Part shown: piece after piece, positions 63,951 through 64,000 of the stretch | Layout: each line of letters starts with the position of its first letter | Numbering within the stretch: position 1 is the stretch's first letter | Assembly (NCBI RefSeq): GCF_006345805.1 | Contig: NC_042999.1 | Span: 142,662,001 to 142,726,000 of the forward strand | From: Octopus sinensis | Lineage: Eukaryota | DNA length: 64,000 nt | Direction: 5' to 3' | Made by a program: the position numbers and the translations under genes | The notes under the pieces: model-generated | Seen by the model: only the letters and a program-made list of their open reading frames with translations | What the model was told of the DNA's origin: nothing | Databases searched by the model: none

Positions 63951-64000
63951 ATAACAGTGTAGCAAAACGGCAGTGCATCGGCATGGCCACAGCTCTGAGC

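Overview
AT-rich, microsatellite-dense animal DNA built almost entirely from transposon-derived sequence. I recognised no host protein-coding exon. The SINE families, microsatellite load and GC-rich 18S expansion suggest an octopus or other coleoid cephalopod; this is an inference. The main result is a set of hammerhead ribozyme (HHR)-bearing non-coding repeats. (1) A six-unit ~480-bp tandem array (11316-19591) has one type I HHR per unit, an inverted 5' segment and (AT)n flanks. (2) A sequence-unrelated 361-bp repeat (59247-60023) has the same architecture and its own HHR, and its direct copy ends 2 nt from the predicted cleavage site. (3) A third HHR-like motif at 2008-2058 carries a G3:C8 swap. 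The first two look like retrozyme-type, Penelope-mobilised non-autonomous elements. Other notable items: a full-length Tx1-clade LINE with an 18-bp TSD inserted into the ribozyme array, which itself splits an old R4/Dong LINE; a second Tx1 LINE with a TSD-flanked 18S rRNA fragment just after its stop codon; and a short-LTR Ty3/Gypsy element whose primer-binding position is complementary to its own LTR, suggesting self-priming. The rest is decayed R4/Dong, CR1/Jockey, RTE, Penelope, mariner, hAT and Helentron-like elements, tRNA-derived SINEs and microsatellites. All structures were read by eye, so boundaries of decayed elements are approximate.
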